DNA from: Candidatus Magasanikiibacteriota bacterium
GTDB taxonomy: Bacteria; Patescibacteriota; Patescibacteriia; Magasanikbacterales; UBA922
NCBI GenBank assembly: GCA_002716765.1
Contig: PBBY01000016.1
Coordinates: 47,322 to 111,321 of the forward strand
Reading direction: 5' to 3'
Length of the DNA stretch: 64,000 nucleotides
Below the pieces are notes generated by a model that searched no databases, had not been told where the DNA came from, and saw nothing but the letters and a program-made list of their open reading frames with translations. This document shows, piece by piece, positions 29,646-39,561 of the stretch. Positions within the stretch are counted from its first letter, which is position 1; each line of letters starts with the position of its first letter. The position numbers and the translations under genes are program-made.

Positions 29646-30998
29646 TTATAATGTAAAACACTCTCCTTCTTCTGGGACAAACGCTTCAATCCCAAGCTCA
29701 TGGTGCAATTTATGTGCCAAGGCTGTTGCTGGAACGGCCTCGCCATGCACACAAAACACTGTTTTTGGCACTTTTTTGGCATGTCTTACCCAATTTACCA
29801 ACTTTTTTTGATCACCATGAGCCGAAAGAGCGCCAATTGCCGTAACTTTTGCTTTTACCGATACGCTATCGTTATGGATTGTTACCTGTCTTGCGCCTTC
29901 ATACAGTTTTCTTCCTAAAGTATTTTTAGCCTGATACCCAACAATCACTAACATTGATCGCTCATCGGGTAAATATCTTTTTGCATGATGCAGTATTCTT
30001 CCTCCATTCATCATACCAGAACCAGCAATGACACATTTTGGCCCTTTGACTGAGTTTATTTTTATTGAATCTTCTTTGCGCAATGTAAGTGTTAAATTAG
30101 GGAATTCAAAAAAATCATCTCCAGCACTATATTTTTTAAAAGCCTCCTCGTCATAATATTCTGGATGTGCTTTGTACACATCAATTGCGCGAATTGCCAT
30201 TGGGCTATCTAGAAAAATAGGAATTTTAGGAAGCAATTTTTTGTTTTCAAACATGTCGTTTAGTGTGTAGAGAATCTCTTGTGTTCTTTCCAAAGAAAAT
30301 GCTGGCATCATAATAGTACCACCGCGTGCAATTGCTTCTTTAAATATATCAAAAAATATCTTTTCTCTATCTTTTCGTGATTCGTGAAGCCTGTTTCCAT
30401 ATGTTGATTCAATAAGCAATGTGTCGAGTGAGCCAAGCTGTTCTGTTTCTCTTAGAATCGGCACATCTTTATTACCAATATCACCAGAATAACATAGTGT
30501 TTTTCCGTTTACTGAAATTTCAATAAATGCAGCACCAAAAATATGGCCCGCATCTTTAAATACCACCGAAATACCGCTTCCTAAATCAATTGTTTCATTA
30601 TACAAAACGCCAGTTGAGTGCGAATATGCTGCTTCTATGTCTTCTGGATAAAAGAGTATTGGTGACTGAAATTTTCTATTATTATAGGACATAATGTGAT
30701 AGGAATCCTCCCAAATAATTTTTGCCAACTCTTGTGTCCCTTTTGTCATGTATATTGGACCACTAAACCCTTCTTTAATAAGTTTTGGAACTCTTCCGCA
30801 ATGGTCGGCATGCGCATGACTTACCAAGACCATATCAACGCTTTTTGGATCAAATGGAAAAGTGTCGTTATTTTTTCCTTCATTAAAATCAGACCCTTGA
30901 AACATTCCACAATCAAGTAAGATTTTTTTTGATCCAGTGTCTAATAAATGACAGGATCCGGTTACCTCGTGTGCAGCACCAAAAAAAGTGATATTCAT
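29646..30998 (-). CDS. MBL-fold beta-CASP ribonuclease (RNase J / CPSF-like)
   Basis: HxHxDH motif (VSHAHADHCG) and a beta-CASP region. 450 aa. Confidence 0.7.
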   Translation of the reverse strand: MNITFFGAAHEVTGSCHLLDTGSKKILLDCGMFQGSDFNEGKNNDTFPFDPKSVDMVLVSHAHADHCGRVPKLIKEGFSGPIYMTKGTQELAKIIWEDSYHIMSYNNRKFQSPILFYPEDIEAAYSHSTGVLYNETIDLGSGISVVFKDAGHIFGAAFIEISVNGKTLCYSGDIGNKDVPILRETEQLGSLDTLLIESTYGNRLHESRKDREKIFFDIFKEAIARGGTIMMPAFSLERTQEILYTLNDMFENKKLLPKIPIFLDSPMAIRAIDVYKAHPEYYDEEAFKKYSAGDDFFEFPNLTLTLRKEDSIKINSVKGPKCVIAGSGMMNGGRILHHAKRYLPDERSMLVIVGYQAKNTLGRKLYEGARQVTIHNDSVSVKAKVTAIGALSAHGDQKKLVNWVRHAKKVPKTVFCVHGEAVPATALAHKLHHELGIEAFVPEEGECFTL

Positions 30999-31104
30999 AT
31001 CGTAAAGCTAATAGATAATAATTGACTCGTAAGTATATATAGCGTATCATATTTGACATATTATTCCTATACAATCATAAGGAAATTTGCTACCATTATA
31101 TTGT

Positions 31105-31725
31105 ATGCGAACACAAAAATACACCCCAACCCAAATACAGGAACCTGCTATTACAGAAATACATAAAAAAAAGTCATGCCTTTTCCGCACCTGTATTTCT
31201 GGCTTTGGTTGTATTATTTTGTTTATTATTGCCAGCGTCTTTTTAATAAAAAACATTACTCACCCAAGAGAAAAAAAAATAGACAAAATTCCAGACCATA
31301 TTGTTTCACATGTGCCTCTTTACGAAATAGAAAATATTTCACAAATAACAAAACGAGTTGAAACCTCTAAAGAAAGTGTTGGAAATAAACTGTTTCTGTT
31401 AATCAAACCAAGCATTTCTTTTTTAGACAGAAACACTTCACTAGATTTACAAGACACGCTCAATTTCTCCTCTAAAGACACTTCCTATTATGTTTACTCC
31501 TTTTACTGGAAAGATTTAGGTGCAAAACCTTCTTTTATTATACGTCATTATGCGCAAAAACTTACTGAAAGCGGTTTTACTATTTTAGAAAAACAAGACA
31601 AGCCTACTAAAAGCAGCTTTTCTTTTTATAAAAATGATATTCGTGGTATACTTAATGTGGTCCACACAATCGAAACCTATGGTACAAAAGGAGTGTATCT
31701 GCAAATCACCCTACCAAAAGAATAA
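31105..31725 (+). CDS. Hypothetical membrane-anchored protein
   Basis: One N-terminal TM (GFGCIILFIIASVFLI) followed by a soluble domain. Start ambiguous (TTG 31087 or ATG 31105). A TTGACT-N17-TATCAT promoter lies at 31022-31050. Confidence 0.4.
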   Translation: MRTQKYTPTQIQEPAITEIHKKKSCLFRTCISGFGCIILFIIASVFLIKNITHPREKKIDKIPDHIVSHVPLYEIENISQITKRVETSKESVGNKLFLLIKPSISFLDRNTSLDLQDTLNFSSKDTSYYVYSFYWKDLGAKPSFIIRHYAQKLTESGFTILEKQDKPTKSSFSFYKNDIRGILNVVHTIETYGTKGVYLQITLPKE

Positions 31726-31750
31726 TTTTTACCCCAATAACCCGCCTTCT

Positions 31751-32671
31751 ATGGCAATTAAAAAAATCACAACAGACAAATTATCTTGGATTAATATAGA
31801 CCAAGTAAATAACGAGGCTATTACATTTTTAAAAAGTGAATACAACTTTCACCACTTAGACTTGGAAGATATTCAAGGTGAAACGCAAACACCAAAACTT
31901 GATACATATAAAAATTATCTTTTTTTAGTTATACAAGTACCACACTGGAACGAAGAAACAAAATCAATAAAAACGCATGAAGTTGATATTTTTATAGGAG
32001 ATGGATTTCTTATAACCATACAACATACCAAGTCCAAAGAGGTAAAGAACTTTTTTTACAGATGTATGAAAAAAAAGCGAATCAAAAAAGAATGGATGCG
32101 ATCTAATTCTGGCTATTTACTGTACTCACTCCTAGAATCTCTTTTTAAGGATTTTCAACCAACACTGAACAAAATTGGGAAAGAGCTTACCAAAATAGAG
32201 CAAGACGTATTTGAAGGAGAGCAAAATACGCAGCTTGTTAGAGAATTAGCCATTTACCGCAGAAGTGTCCTTGCGCTTCGTCGAATCGTTGACCCGCAAC
32301 GGTATCTAATGGCAAATCTTGCCCATATCAGAAAACCATTTCTGAACGAAGAAACCAGCCTGTATTTTGATGATATTAATGACTATCTAAACAAAACATG
32401 GGCCATTATAGACACATACCGGGACAGCATTCAAGGGCTTCACGTAACGGTTGAGTCACTTATAACCCAAAAGACAAACAAGGTTATTAGCATGCTTACA
32501 GTTATTTCTGTCTGTCTTTTACCATTTACTGTTTTAGCAAGTATTTATGGTATGAACATAACAGGGTTACCATTTGCCAAAGATCCTGTATGGATCTGGA
32601 GCATGTTTGTCTTTCTTGCATTATTACTTGTAGTAATAATGCTTGTCATGCGATCAAGAAAATGGCTATAA
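31751..32671 (+). CDS. corA: Magnesium/cobalt transporter CorA
   Basis: C-terminal two TM helices with the YGMN signature (ASIYGMNITGLP). Start at MAIKK after the upstream stop. Confidence 0.8.
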   Translation: MAIKKITTDKLSWINIDQVNNEAITFLKSEYNFHHLDLEDIQGETQTPKLDTYKNYLFLVIQVPHWNEETKSIKTHEVDIFIGDGFLITIQHTKSKEVKNFFYRCMKKKRIKKEWMRSNSGYLLYSLLESLFKDFQPTLNKIGKELTKIEQDVFEGEQNTQLVRELAIYRRSVLALRRIVDPQRYLMANLAHIRKPFLNEETSLYFDDINDYLNKTWAIIDTYRDSIQGLHVTVESLITQKTNKVISMLTVISVCLLPFTVLASIYGMNITGLPFAKDPVWIWSMFVFLALLLVVIMLVMRSRKWL

Positions 32672-32675
32672 CAAC

Positions 32676-34286
32676 ATGAAGAAACTCTTTACGGCACAAT
32701 CAAAAACAATAACTGGCGCTGCTCTTGTTCTTGGAGCAGCTTCTTTTGTGAGTAGAATTATTGGTGTTATACGAGATAGAATTTTTGCACACCACTTTGG
32801 TGTAGGAGAATCTTTGGATATTTATTATGCTGCATTTAAGGTCCCAGATTTGGTGTATAATTTATTAATTGTCGGTGCACTTTCTGCTGGATTTATTCCG
32901 GTTTTTTTAGACATTTGGGTAAAAGACAAAAAAAGAGCGTGGCACGTAACCAACACTATTATTCACATCCTTGGATATACTCTTATTATTGTATTATCTC
33001 TACTGTTTGCAGCAATGCCTCATATTATACCAAAACTAGTTCCAGGGTTTTCCTCAGAAAACATACAAGAAACCGTGAAGCTTTCCAGAATCATGCTTAT
33101 TAGCCCACTCCTTTTGGGGATTAGCGGTATTATTAGTGGTGTTTTGCAATCACTAAAAAGCTTTTTTGTTTATTCGCTTACCCCAATACTTTATAATGTT
33201 GGTATTATTTTTGGTACCATATTTTTAGTACCGCTATACGGCATTTCTGGTCTTGCTTACGGCGTAATATTAGGCGCATTTTTTCATTTGTGTGTTCAAA
33301 TCCCCACACTACTTTCTCATGGGTTTACCTATTCACATTCTTATAATATTAAAGACACCTACGTAAGAAAAATTGGAAAACTTATGATTCCCAGAACACT
33401 TACCCTTGCAACACAGCAAGTACAAATTATTGTTATTACCATACTTGCTTCTACACTTACTGCGGGCAGTATATCGATATTTACTTTTGCACAAAATTTA
33501 CAATTTTTTCCTGTTGGTATTATTGGTATTTCGTTTGCACTTGCCGCCTTTCCATCTCTTTCGGAATATTATGCAAAAAAAGATGCTGCCCGTTTTATTA
33601 CTCACCTCACACTTGCTATCCGCCAAATACTTTTTCTTATAATTCCATGCACTGTCATCTTTCTTTTACTTCGAGCACAAATTGTACGCGTTGTTCTTGG
33701 TTCTGGGAAATTTGATTGGTCGGCCACCATAGTGACCGCAGATACATTAGCATTCTTCACCCTTTCTTTTTTTGCACAATGCCTTATTCCACTACTCGTT
33801 CGTGCATTTTACGCAAGACATAATACTATTTTTCCACTTATTGCCGCAATATTAAGCACTATTCTGACAATTTACCTAAGTATGATATTAAAAGACTCAA
33901 TGGGTGTTACCGGACTTGCTCTTGCTTTTTCGCTCTCTTCCTGTTTTCAGGTTGCGTTGTTATGGGTTGGATTACGAAACTACATTAGTACTTTTAAAGA
34001 AATAGGCATTGTCTCTTCTTTGTATAAAATTTGTACCGCTGCGATTATTATGGCAATTGCTGTACAATATGCAAAATACCCAATGTCAAAAATAGTAGAT
34101 ATGACAACATTTATTGGGATATTACTTCAAGGGTTTACTGTTGGTTTTACTGGTCTTTTTGTGTATATCTCTGTCTGTAAAATACTTAAAACAGAGGAGT
34201 TGCGACTCATTACCAAAAGTATACAGAGAAAATGGCTTCGCACATCACCTTTGCAACCAGAAGTTAATCAAGGAGACCAAGTGTAA
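32676..34286 (+). CDS. murJ: Lipid II flippase MurJ
   Basis: Polytopic membrane protein. N-terminus AASFVSRIIGVIRDRIFAHHFGVGESLDIYYAAFKVPDLVYNL matches the conserved MurJ N-terminus. Confidence 0.85.
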   Translation: MKKLFTAQSKTITGAALVLGAASFVSRIIGVIRDRIFAHHFGVGESLDIYYAAFKVPDLVYNLLIVGALSAGFIPVFLDIWVKDKKRAWHVTNTIIHILGYTLIIVLSLLFAAMPHIIPKLVPGFSSENIQETVKLSRIMLISPLLLGISGIISGVLQSLKSFFVYSLTPILYNVGIIFGTIFLVPLYGISGLAYGVILGAFFHLCVQIPTLLSHGFTYSHSYNIKDTYVRKIGKLMIPRTLTLATQQVQIIVITILASTLTAGSISIFTFAQNLQFFPVGIIGISFALAAFPSLSEYYAKKDAARFITHLTLAIRQILFLIIPCTVIFLLLRAQIVRVVLGSGKFDWSATIVTADTLAFFTLSFFAQCLIPLLVRAFYARHNTIFPLIAAILSTILTIYLSMILKDSMGVTGLALAFSLSSCFQVALLWVGLRNYISTFKEIGIVSSLYKICTAAIIMAIAVQYAKYPMSKIVDMTTFIGILLQGFTVGFTGLFVYISVCKILKTEELRLITKSIQRKWLRTSPLQPEVNQGDQV

Positions 34287-34380
34287 GAATTACTACCACT
34301 TTTTCTACACTATTAGCTACTACTTGTAAACAAGCAAGTGAGATGCTACAATAATTCACATACACACAAATGACATTTTT

Positions 34381-36171
34381 ATGCAAGAAATCAGAAATTT
34401 TTGTATTATTGCCCACATTGACCACGGGAAAAGCACGTTGGCAGACAGATTCCTAGAAACTACTAATACTGTAGAAAAAAGGAAAATGACCACCCAGGTT
34501 CTAGATACCATGGAATTAGAACAAGAACGTGGTATTACCATAAAGCTCCAACCGGTCAGGATGCAATACAAAGATTACACACTTAATCTTATTGATACTC
34601 CGGGACATGTAGACTTTACTTACGAGGTCTCTCGATCTTTGGCAGCAGTAGAAGGTGCCATCCTTTTGGTTGATGCAAGTCAAGGAGTACAAGCACAAAC
34701 CATTGCAAACCTATATCTTGCTCTTGACCAAGACCTAACCATTATTCCAGTGCTAAATAAAATTGATTTACCAAATGCTGACCCAAAAAAAGCCAGCGAG
34801 GAAATTATCCATCTTTTAGGCTGTAAAGAAGAAGACATTTTGCACTGTTCTGGAAAAACTGGCGAAGGTGTAGAGGCGCTACTAGACGCGGTAATTGAAA
34901 AAATACCACAACCAGACACAGAAAAACACACATTACCCGCTCGCGCTCTTATTTTTGATTCCTGTTACGATGATTACAAAGGGGTCATCGCTTCTGTTCG
35001 CATGATTGATGGACAAATCAAAAAAGGAGACAAAGTGCAGTTTATGGGAACCAAAACACAAGCAGAAGTATTAGATACTGGCCATTATACTCCAGGACTC
35101 ATGCCAGACACCATACTCGAGAATGGACAAATTGGATACATTGTGACCGGACTCAAAGAATTACGTGATGTACGTGTTGGTGATACTATTACATGCACGG
35201 ACTCCCCCGCCTTAGCACAACTTCCTGGGTATAAAGAAGTTAAACCAATGGTTTTTGCTGGTATTTTTCCACAAGAAGGCGATGATTACAGTGCACTTCG
35301 TGATGCAATGGACAAATTAAAACTGAGTGACTCAGCATTGTCTTATGAACCAGAACACTCACAAGCACTTGGTTTTGGATTTCGTTGTGGATTTCTTGGC
35401 ATGCTTCATTTAGAAATCTTTCAGGAACGTGTAAAACGAGAGTTTGGCTTACATATTGTGGCCACTGTTCCTAGTGTTGCATATCACATCCTTAAAACAA
35501 ATCAGGAAACACTCACTGTAAAAAGTCCGCAAGATTTACCAGACGTACAACATATTGAATCCATAGAAGAGCCGTGGATGACAGTAGATATTATTACCCC
35601 GGAAAATTATATTGGTAATGTTATGGGACTGGTCTCGGAAAGAAAAGGACAATACACCACCACCGAATATTTAAGCACCGGATCTGATCAACGAGCAATT
35701 TTACATTATTTTATGCCACTTGCATCGCTTATTACCGACTTTTATGATAAACTTAAAACAGTGACCAGCGGCTATGCATCATTAAGTTATGAATTTAAGG
35801 AATACAAAAAAACAGATGTTATAAAGTTGGATATTTTAGTTGCTGAAGAAAAAGTAGAAGCACTTTCTACACTTGTATGGCGAGATGATGCCTTTAAAAT
35901 AGGAAAACAAATCGTTTCTTCACTAAAAGATACATTACCAAAACAACAGTTTGTCTTAAAAATCCAAGCAGCCGTTGGTGGAAAAATCATTGCTGGGGAA
36001 CGTTTATCTGCATTACGAAAAGATGTTACCGCAAAACTCTATGGTGGTGATGTAACAAGAAAAAGAAAGTTGTTAGAAAAACAAAAGAAAGGAAAGAAAA
36101 AAATGTTAGCAATGGGAAAAGGAAAAGTAGATATCCCAACAGAAGCCTATTTAGCCGTACTAAAACGGTAA
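34381..36171 (+). CDS. lepA: Elongation factor 4
   Basis: IRNFCIIAHIDHGKSTLADR, DTPGHVDF, NKIDLP and the LepA-specific C-terminus. A TTGTAA-N17-TACAAT promoter lies at 34324-34352. Confidence 0.95.
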   Translation: MQEIRNFCIIAHIDHGKSTLADRFLETTNTVEKRKMTTQVLDTMELEQERGITIKLQPVRMQYKDYTLNLIDTPGHVDFTYEVSRSLAAVEGAILLVDASQGVQAQTIANLYLALDQDLTIIPVLNKIDLPNADPKKASEEIIHLLGCKEEDILHCSGKTGEGVEALLDAVIEKIPQPDTEKHTLPARALIFDSCYDDYKGVIASVRMIDGQIKKGDKVQFMGTKTQAEVLDTGHYTPGLMPDTILENGQIGYIVTGLKELRDVRVGDTITCTDSPALAQLPGYKEVKPMVFAGIFPQEGDDYSALRDAMDKLKLSDSALSYEPEHSQALGFGFRCGFLGMLHLEIFQERVKREFGLHIVATVPSVAYHILKTNQETLTVKSPQDLPDVQHIESIEEPWMTVDIITPENYIGNVMGLVSERKGQYTTTEYLSTGSDQRAILHYFMPLASLITDFYDKLKTVTSGYASLSYEFKEYKKTDVIKLDILVAEEKVEALSTLVWRDDAFKIGKQIVSSLKDTLPKQQFVLKIQAAVGGKIIAGERLSALRKDVTAKLYGGDVTRKRKLLEKQKKGKKKMLAMGKGKVDIPTEAYLAVLKR

Positions 36172-36180
36172 CTATTTAAT

Positions 36181-36285
36181 ATGTTTGACCCAAAAAAAGT
36201 TAGGACACTAAAAATCATCGTTGCGATTATTGGTATTTTTGGCATGCTCTTTTTTACCATAATCCCTCTCTTTTACGCACTGTAA
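36181..36285 (+). CDS. Possible 34-aa hydrophobic peptide
   Basis: ATG-initiated ORF MFDPKKVRTLKIIVAIIGIFGMLFFTIIPLFYAL with a single TM-like helix. No clear SD. It lies below the ORF-track size cutoff. Confidence 0.25.
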   Translation: MFDPKKVRTLKIIVAIIGIFGMLFFTIIPLFYAL

Positions 36286-36292
36286 TCCTAGT

Positions 36293-36700
36293 ATGAAAGA
36301 AAAGAATGCATCAAACACTCTTTTACCACACCACATCTACCAACTTAAGCTCATTTTTTTATTTGTTCTTGGGTTTTTTCTCTTTGTTTTTCTGTGGCAT
36401 ATTGCAGCAGAAAATAATGCTAATATGTACTTATATCAATGGTGGTATTTTTGGATTTGGGAATCTTTTTATGTTATTTATTTGCTAAAAGTACGCAATA
36501 CCATTCCAAAAAAAGAACGGATTAATCCAAAAAAAAGACCGATTATCTATTGGGTAATACTTGGAATAACACTTGTTGCATTGTCGCAATCCTCTTTTTC
36601 TGTAGAGAGATTTCTTGCACTTGATTATTCCTTTATTATTTTCTCCTTATTTCTTGCCGACTCATATTGGGATTTTACACAAACAATCACAAAAACATAA
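36293..36700 (+). CDS. Hypothetical membrane protein
   Basis: 135 aa with 3-4 hydrophobic helices. No motif recognised. Confidence 0.4.
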   Translation: MKEKNASNTLLPHHIYQLKLIFLFVLGFFLFVFLWHIAAENNANMYLYQWWYFWIWESFYVIYLLKVRNTIPKKERINPKKRPIIYWVILGITLVALSQSSFSVERFLALDYSFIIFSLFLADSYWDFTQTITKT

Positions 36701-36706
36701 TATTCT

Positions 36707-38473
36707 ATGGAAAAACGCTGGACAATACTAGAACCCCCGCCGCAATCTTTTTTTGATTCAAACCCAGAACAATCACGATTAGTGTTGACTTTACTATATA
36801 ACAGAGGAATACGGACACAAAAAGCAATCGATGAATTTTTAACACCAGAATATAGCAATGATGTACACGATCCTTTTTTGTTTCAAGATATGCAAAAAAC
36901 GGTAGACAGGTTATTTTTAGCTATTACACAGAACGAACACATTACCATTCATGGTGATTATGATGCGGACGGTGTTTCGGCTTCTGTTATCCTTACCGAT
37001 ACACTTACCGCACTTGGCGCAAAACATGTTGATGTATATTTACCACACAGAGAAACTGATGGGTACGGCCTAAATAAAAATACCATTAACTTTTTACATC
37101 AAAAAGGTACCAATATTATTATTACGTGTGATTGTGGTATAAGTAATGCTGCAGAAGTAGCTCATGCAAGAACAAAGAATATGGATGTTATAATTACTGA
37201 CCATCACAGTGTTCCGGAAATACTTCCAGAAGCATTTTCTATTATTCACCCAAAAGTACCAGACGAACCATATCCATGCAAAAACCTTGCTGGCGGTGCA
37301 GTGGCATTTAAACTTGCTCAAGGATTATTACACACCCATAAAAAAGATAATGACGTATTGCCAAACGGCGAAACACATGATGGATTCGAGAAATGGTTAT
37401 TAGACATGGTAGCAGTTGCCAGTGTTGCCGACATGGTTCCTCTGTTGGAAGAAACTAGAACCCTTACCAAATATGGCTTAATGGTATTAAACAAAACACG
37501 AAGATTGGGGTTAAAAAAACTCTATATAGAAACTTCCCTTTCCGACCCAGATGGCACTCTTCGAAATGAAATTGGCACAGAAACTATTGGTTTTAGAATT
37601 GCGCCACAAATTAATGCTGCCGGAAGGCTTGGTCATGCAAATACTGCATATGAACTACTTGTGGCAAAAAAAGGGACCGACGCAATAGATTTGGCTTTTG
37701 CGCTCAATGAACAAAATAACGAAAGACGCGCACTTACCATGCAATATGTTGAGGAAGCAGAAAATCAAATCGCTAACCAAACAAAAGACCTCCCGGTTAT
37801 TTTTGTGTACAGCGATAATTGGAATACCGGAATTATAGGACTCATTGCCGGAAGAATAAAAGAAAAGTATCAAAAACCAACAATCGCAATGGCACCAAAA
37901 AAAGGAGAGATTACCGGATCTGGTCGAAGCATAGACGGATTTAATTTAATAGAAGCGTTGCAAGAAAATCCAGAATTTTTTGCAAAATTTGGAGGCCATC
38001 CAATGGCTTGTGGATTTAGTTTAGCAGAACCAAACATAAAAGAAGCCATGCAAGAGGCTTTGTGTAACACCTATACCAAAAAAACGAAAAACATAGACAT
38101 GGCACCGACACTTTCCATAGACAAAGAAATAACACTAGAAGAAGTAACGTGGAATGCGCTTGAAGCAATAGAACAATGCAAACCATTTGGGCAAAACAAT
38201 CCTAAACCACTCTTTGTCGCAAAAGGAGTAACCGTTGTTAAGGTGGACAAAATGGGAAAAGATAAGTCTCATATACGACTTCAGTTGACACATACCACAA
38301 ATGTTATTAAAAAAGCGGTAGGATGGCAAATGTGTGGCCCTTTAGCAGAAAAAGATTGGGGTACACTCCTTTCACCAAACGATAAAATAGACATTGTTTT
38401 TGATATTGGAATAAATGAGTGGAACGGGAACCGAGAAATACAAATTACCCTAAAAGATATTCACAAAATATAA
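36707..38473 (+). CDS. recJ: Single-stranded-DNA-specific exonuclease RecJ
   Basis: DHH motifs (HGDYDADGVSA, ITDHH) and a DHHA1 region (GGHPMACG). Confidence 0.85.
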   Translation: MEKRWTILEPPPQSFFDSNPEQSRLVLTLLYNRGIRTQKAIDEFLTPEYSNDVHDPFLFQDMQKTVDRLFLAITQNEHITIHGDYDADGVSASVILTDTLTALGAKHVDVYLPHRETDGYGLNKNTINFLHQKGTNIIITCDCGISNAAEVAHARTKNMDVIITDHHSVPEILPEAFSIIHPKVPDEPYPCKNLAGGAVAFKLAQGLLHTHKKDNDVLPNGETHDGFEKWLLDMVAVASVADMVPLLEETRTLTKYGLMVLNKTRRLGLKKLYIETSLSDPDGTLRNEIGTETIGFRIAPQINAAGRLGHANTAYELLVAKKGTDAIDLAFALNEQNNERRALTMQYVEEAENQIANQTKDLPVIFVYSDNWNTGIIGLIAGRIKEKYQKPTIAMAPKKGEITGSGRSIDGFNLIEALQENPEFFAKFGGHPMACGFSLAEPNIKEAMQEALCNTYTKKTKNIDMAPTLSIDKEITLEEVTWNALEAIEQCKPFGQNNPKPLFVAKGVTVVKVDKMGKDKSHIRLQLTHTTNVIKKAVGWQMCGPLAEKDWGTLLSPNDKIDIVFDIGINEWNGNREIQITLKDIHKI

Positions 38474-38478
38474 TACAT

Positions 38479-38883
38479 ATGACTGTGCACATATTTACCG
38501 ATGGTGGCGCCAGAGGAAATCCTGGCCCTGCAGCTATTGGCGTAGTTATCACAAATAAAAATAATGAAGTAATACAAGAATATGGTAAATATATTGGCGA
38601 ACAAACCAATAACTTTGCCGAATATTCTGCATTAATTTACGGTCTAGAATCGGCAAAAGCCTTAGACGCAAAAGAAGTCATATGTTTTTTGGATAGCAAA
38701 TTAGTTGTAGAGCAATTAAACAGAAATTGGAAAATAAAGGAGCCAACATTACAAAAATTATTCGTGCAAGCTTGGAATGCGTTACAACACTTCTCTTCCT
38801 ATTCTCTATCATATATCCCAAGAGCAAAAAACAAAGCTGCAGACAAGCAAGTAAACATTGCTCTAGATAATTATTTACAATAA
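38479..38883 (+). CDS. rnhA: Ribonuclease HI
   Basis: IFTDGGARGNPGPAAIGVV and the conserved D/E catalytic residues. Start at MTVHIF directly after the recJ stop. Confidence 0.85.
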   Translation: MTVHIFTDGGARGNPGPAAIGVVITNKNNEVIQEYGKYIGEQTNNFAEYSALIYGLESAKALDAKEVICFLDSKLVVEQLNRNWKIKEPTLQKLFVQAWNALQHFSSYSLSYIPRAKNKAADKQVNIALDNYLQ

Positions 38884-38909
38884 AAAACAGCGCTTTCCCA
38901 AGGCGCTGT
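38882..38909 (-). terminator. Terminator of the 38946-39374 gene (acagcgc…gcgctgt hairpin plus U-run on the minus strand)
   Basis: 7-bp GC-rich stem. A-run on the + strand upstream (T-run for the minus transcript). Confidence 0.55.
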
Positions 38910-38945
38910 ACTGACGGTACCCGATACTAAAACACTATATTAAGA

Positions 38946-39374
38946 TTAAGAAAACAACCGTAGTTGTCCACCAGAAGTGTGTGTATCCAAACTATTAGCT
39001 GGTTTATAGAGTACGGTAGTCCCTCCCAATAACTTCCTAGTATGAGAGGTGCTTTGAACAAAAAAAGTAAAACCAGGAACTATTAGAGGCTTTGCGCGGC
39101 CGCGCACGCCATATGGAATTCCTGTTAGGTTTCGCACCTCGTCTCCAGAATACAGGAGTTTAGTTGCTTGTTCATAGGCGACCACCTCATTACTTTCTCG
39201 TAATATTACAGGCTTTGTGAATTCATACAATATACACCCAGCCCTAAAAGGTCTGGGAATTCCCTGTAAGAATGGCTTTACTTGTATATCTTCACACACG
39301 TCATAAAATTCGAATCTACCCTGCGGAACAATAGTGCACAAGGACGGGTCTAGCGAAACAGTTGAAATATTCAA
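38946..39374 (-). CDS. Hypothetical protein (GC-rich, contains a NotI site)
   Basis: 142-aa ORF with no recognisable motif. Followed on its strand by a hairpin plus T-run terminator at 38882-38909. Confidence 0.4.
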   Translation of the reverse strand: MNISTVSLDPSLCTIVPQGRFEFYDVCEDIQVKPFLQGIPRPFRAGCILYEFTKPVILRESNEVVAYEQATKLLYSGDEVRNLTGIPYGVRGRAKPLIVPGFTFFVQSTSHTRKLLGGTTVLYKPANSLDTHTSGGQLRLFS

Positions 39375-39495
39375 TGATATTTCCCTTTCTACTAAAAAAA
39401 CTTGGAATAAAACTTAGTGTACTATACACATAAGTTGACTAAAAAGAACATGTCTAAAAATGACATAGTGCTATTGTAGCATAAAATCAAAATAA

Positions 39496-39528
39496 TACAA
39501 AAAAGCAACCTTCCTTCGAAAGTTGCAA
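39496..39528 (-). terminator. Terminator downstream of mtnP (gcaac-cttccttcgaaa-gttgc, A/T runs on both sides)
   Basis: Hairpin flanked by A-runs. On the minus strand: gcaactttcgaaggaaggttgcttttttgtatt. Confidence 0.5.
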
Positions 39529-39561
39529 AAAAGAACAAAAAGGGTCGTACTAAGCATTGCT

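Noticed and set aside
38946-39374. Calling the 142-aa protein an S-adenosylmethionine decarboxylase because of an FEFYDVC…RES… resemblance and the adjacency to MTAP
   Set aside because: The diagnostic ESHxxxHTWPE pyruvoyl-processing motif is absent.
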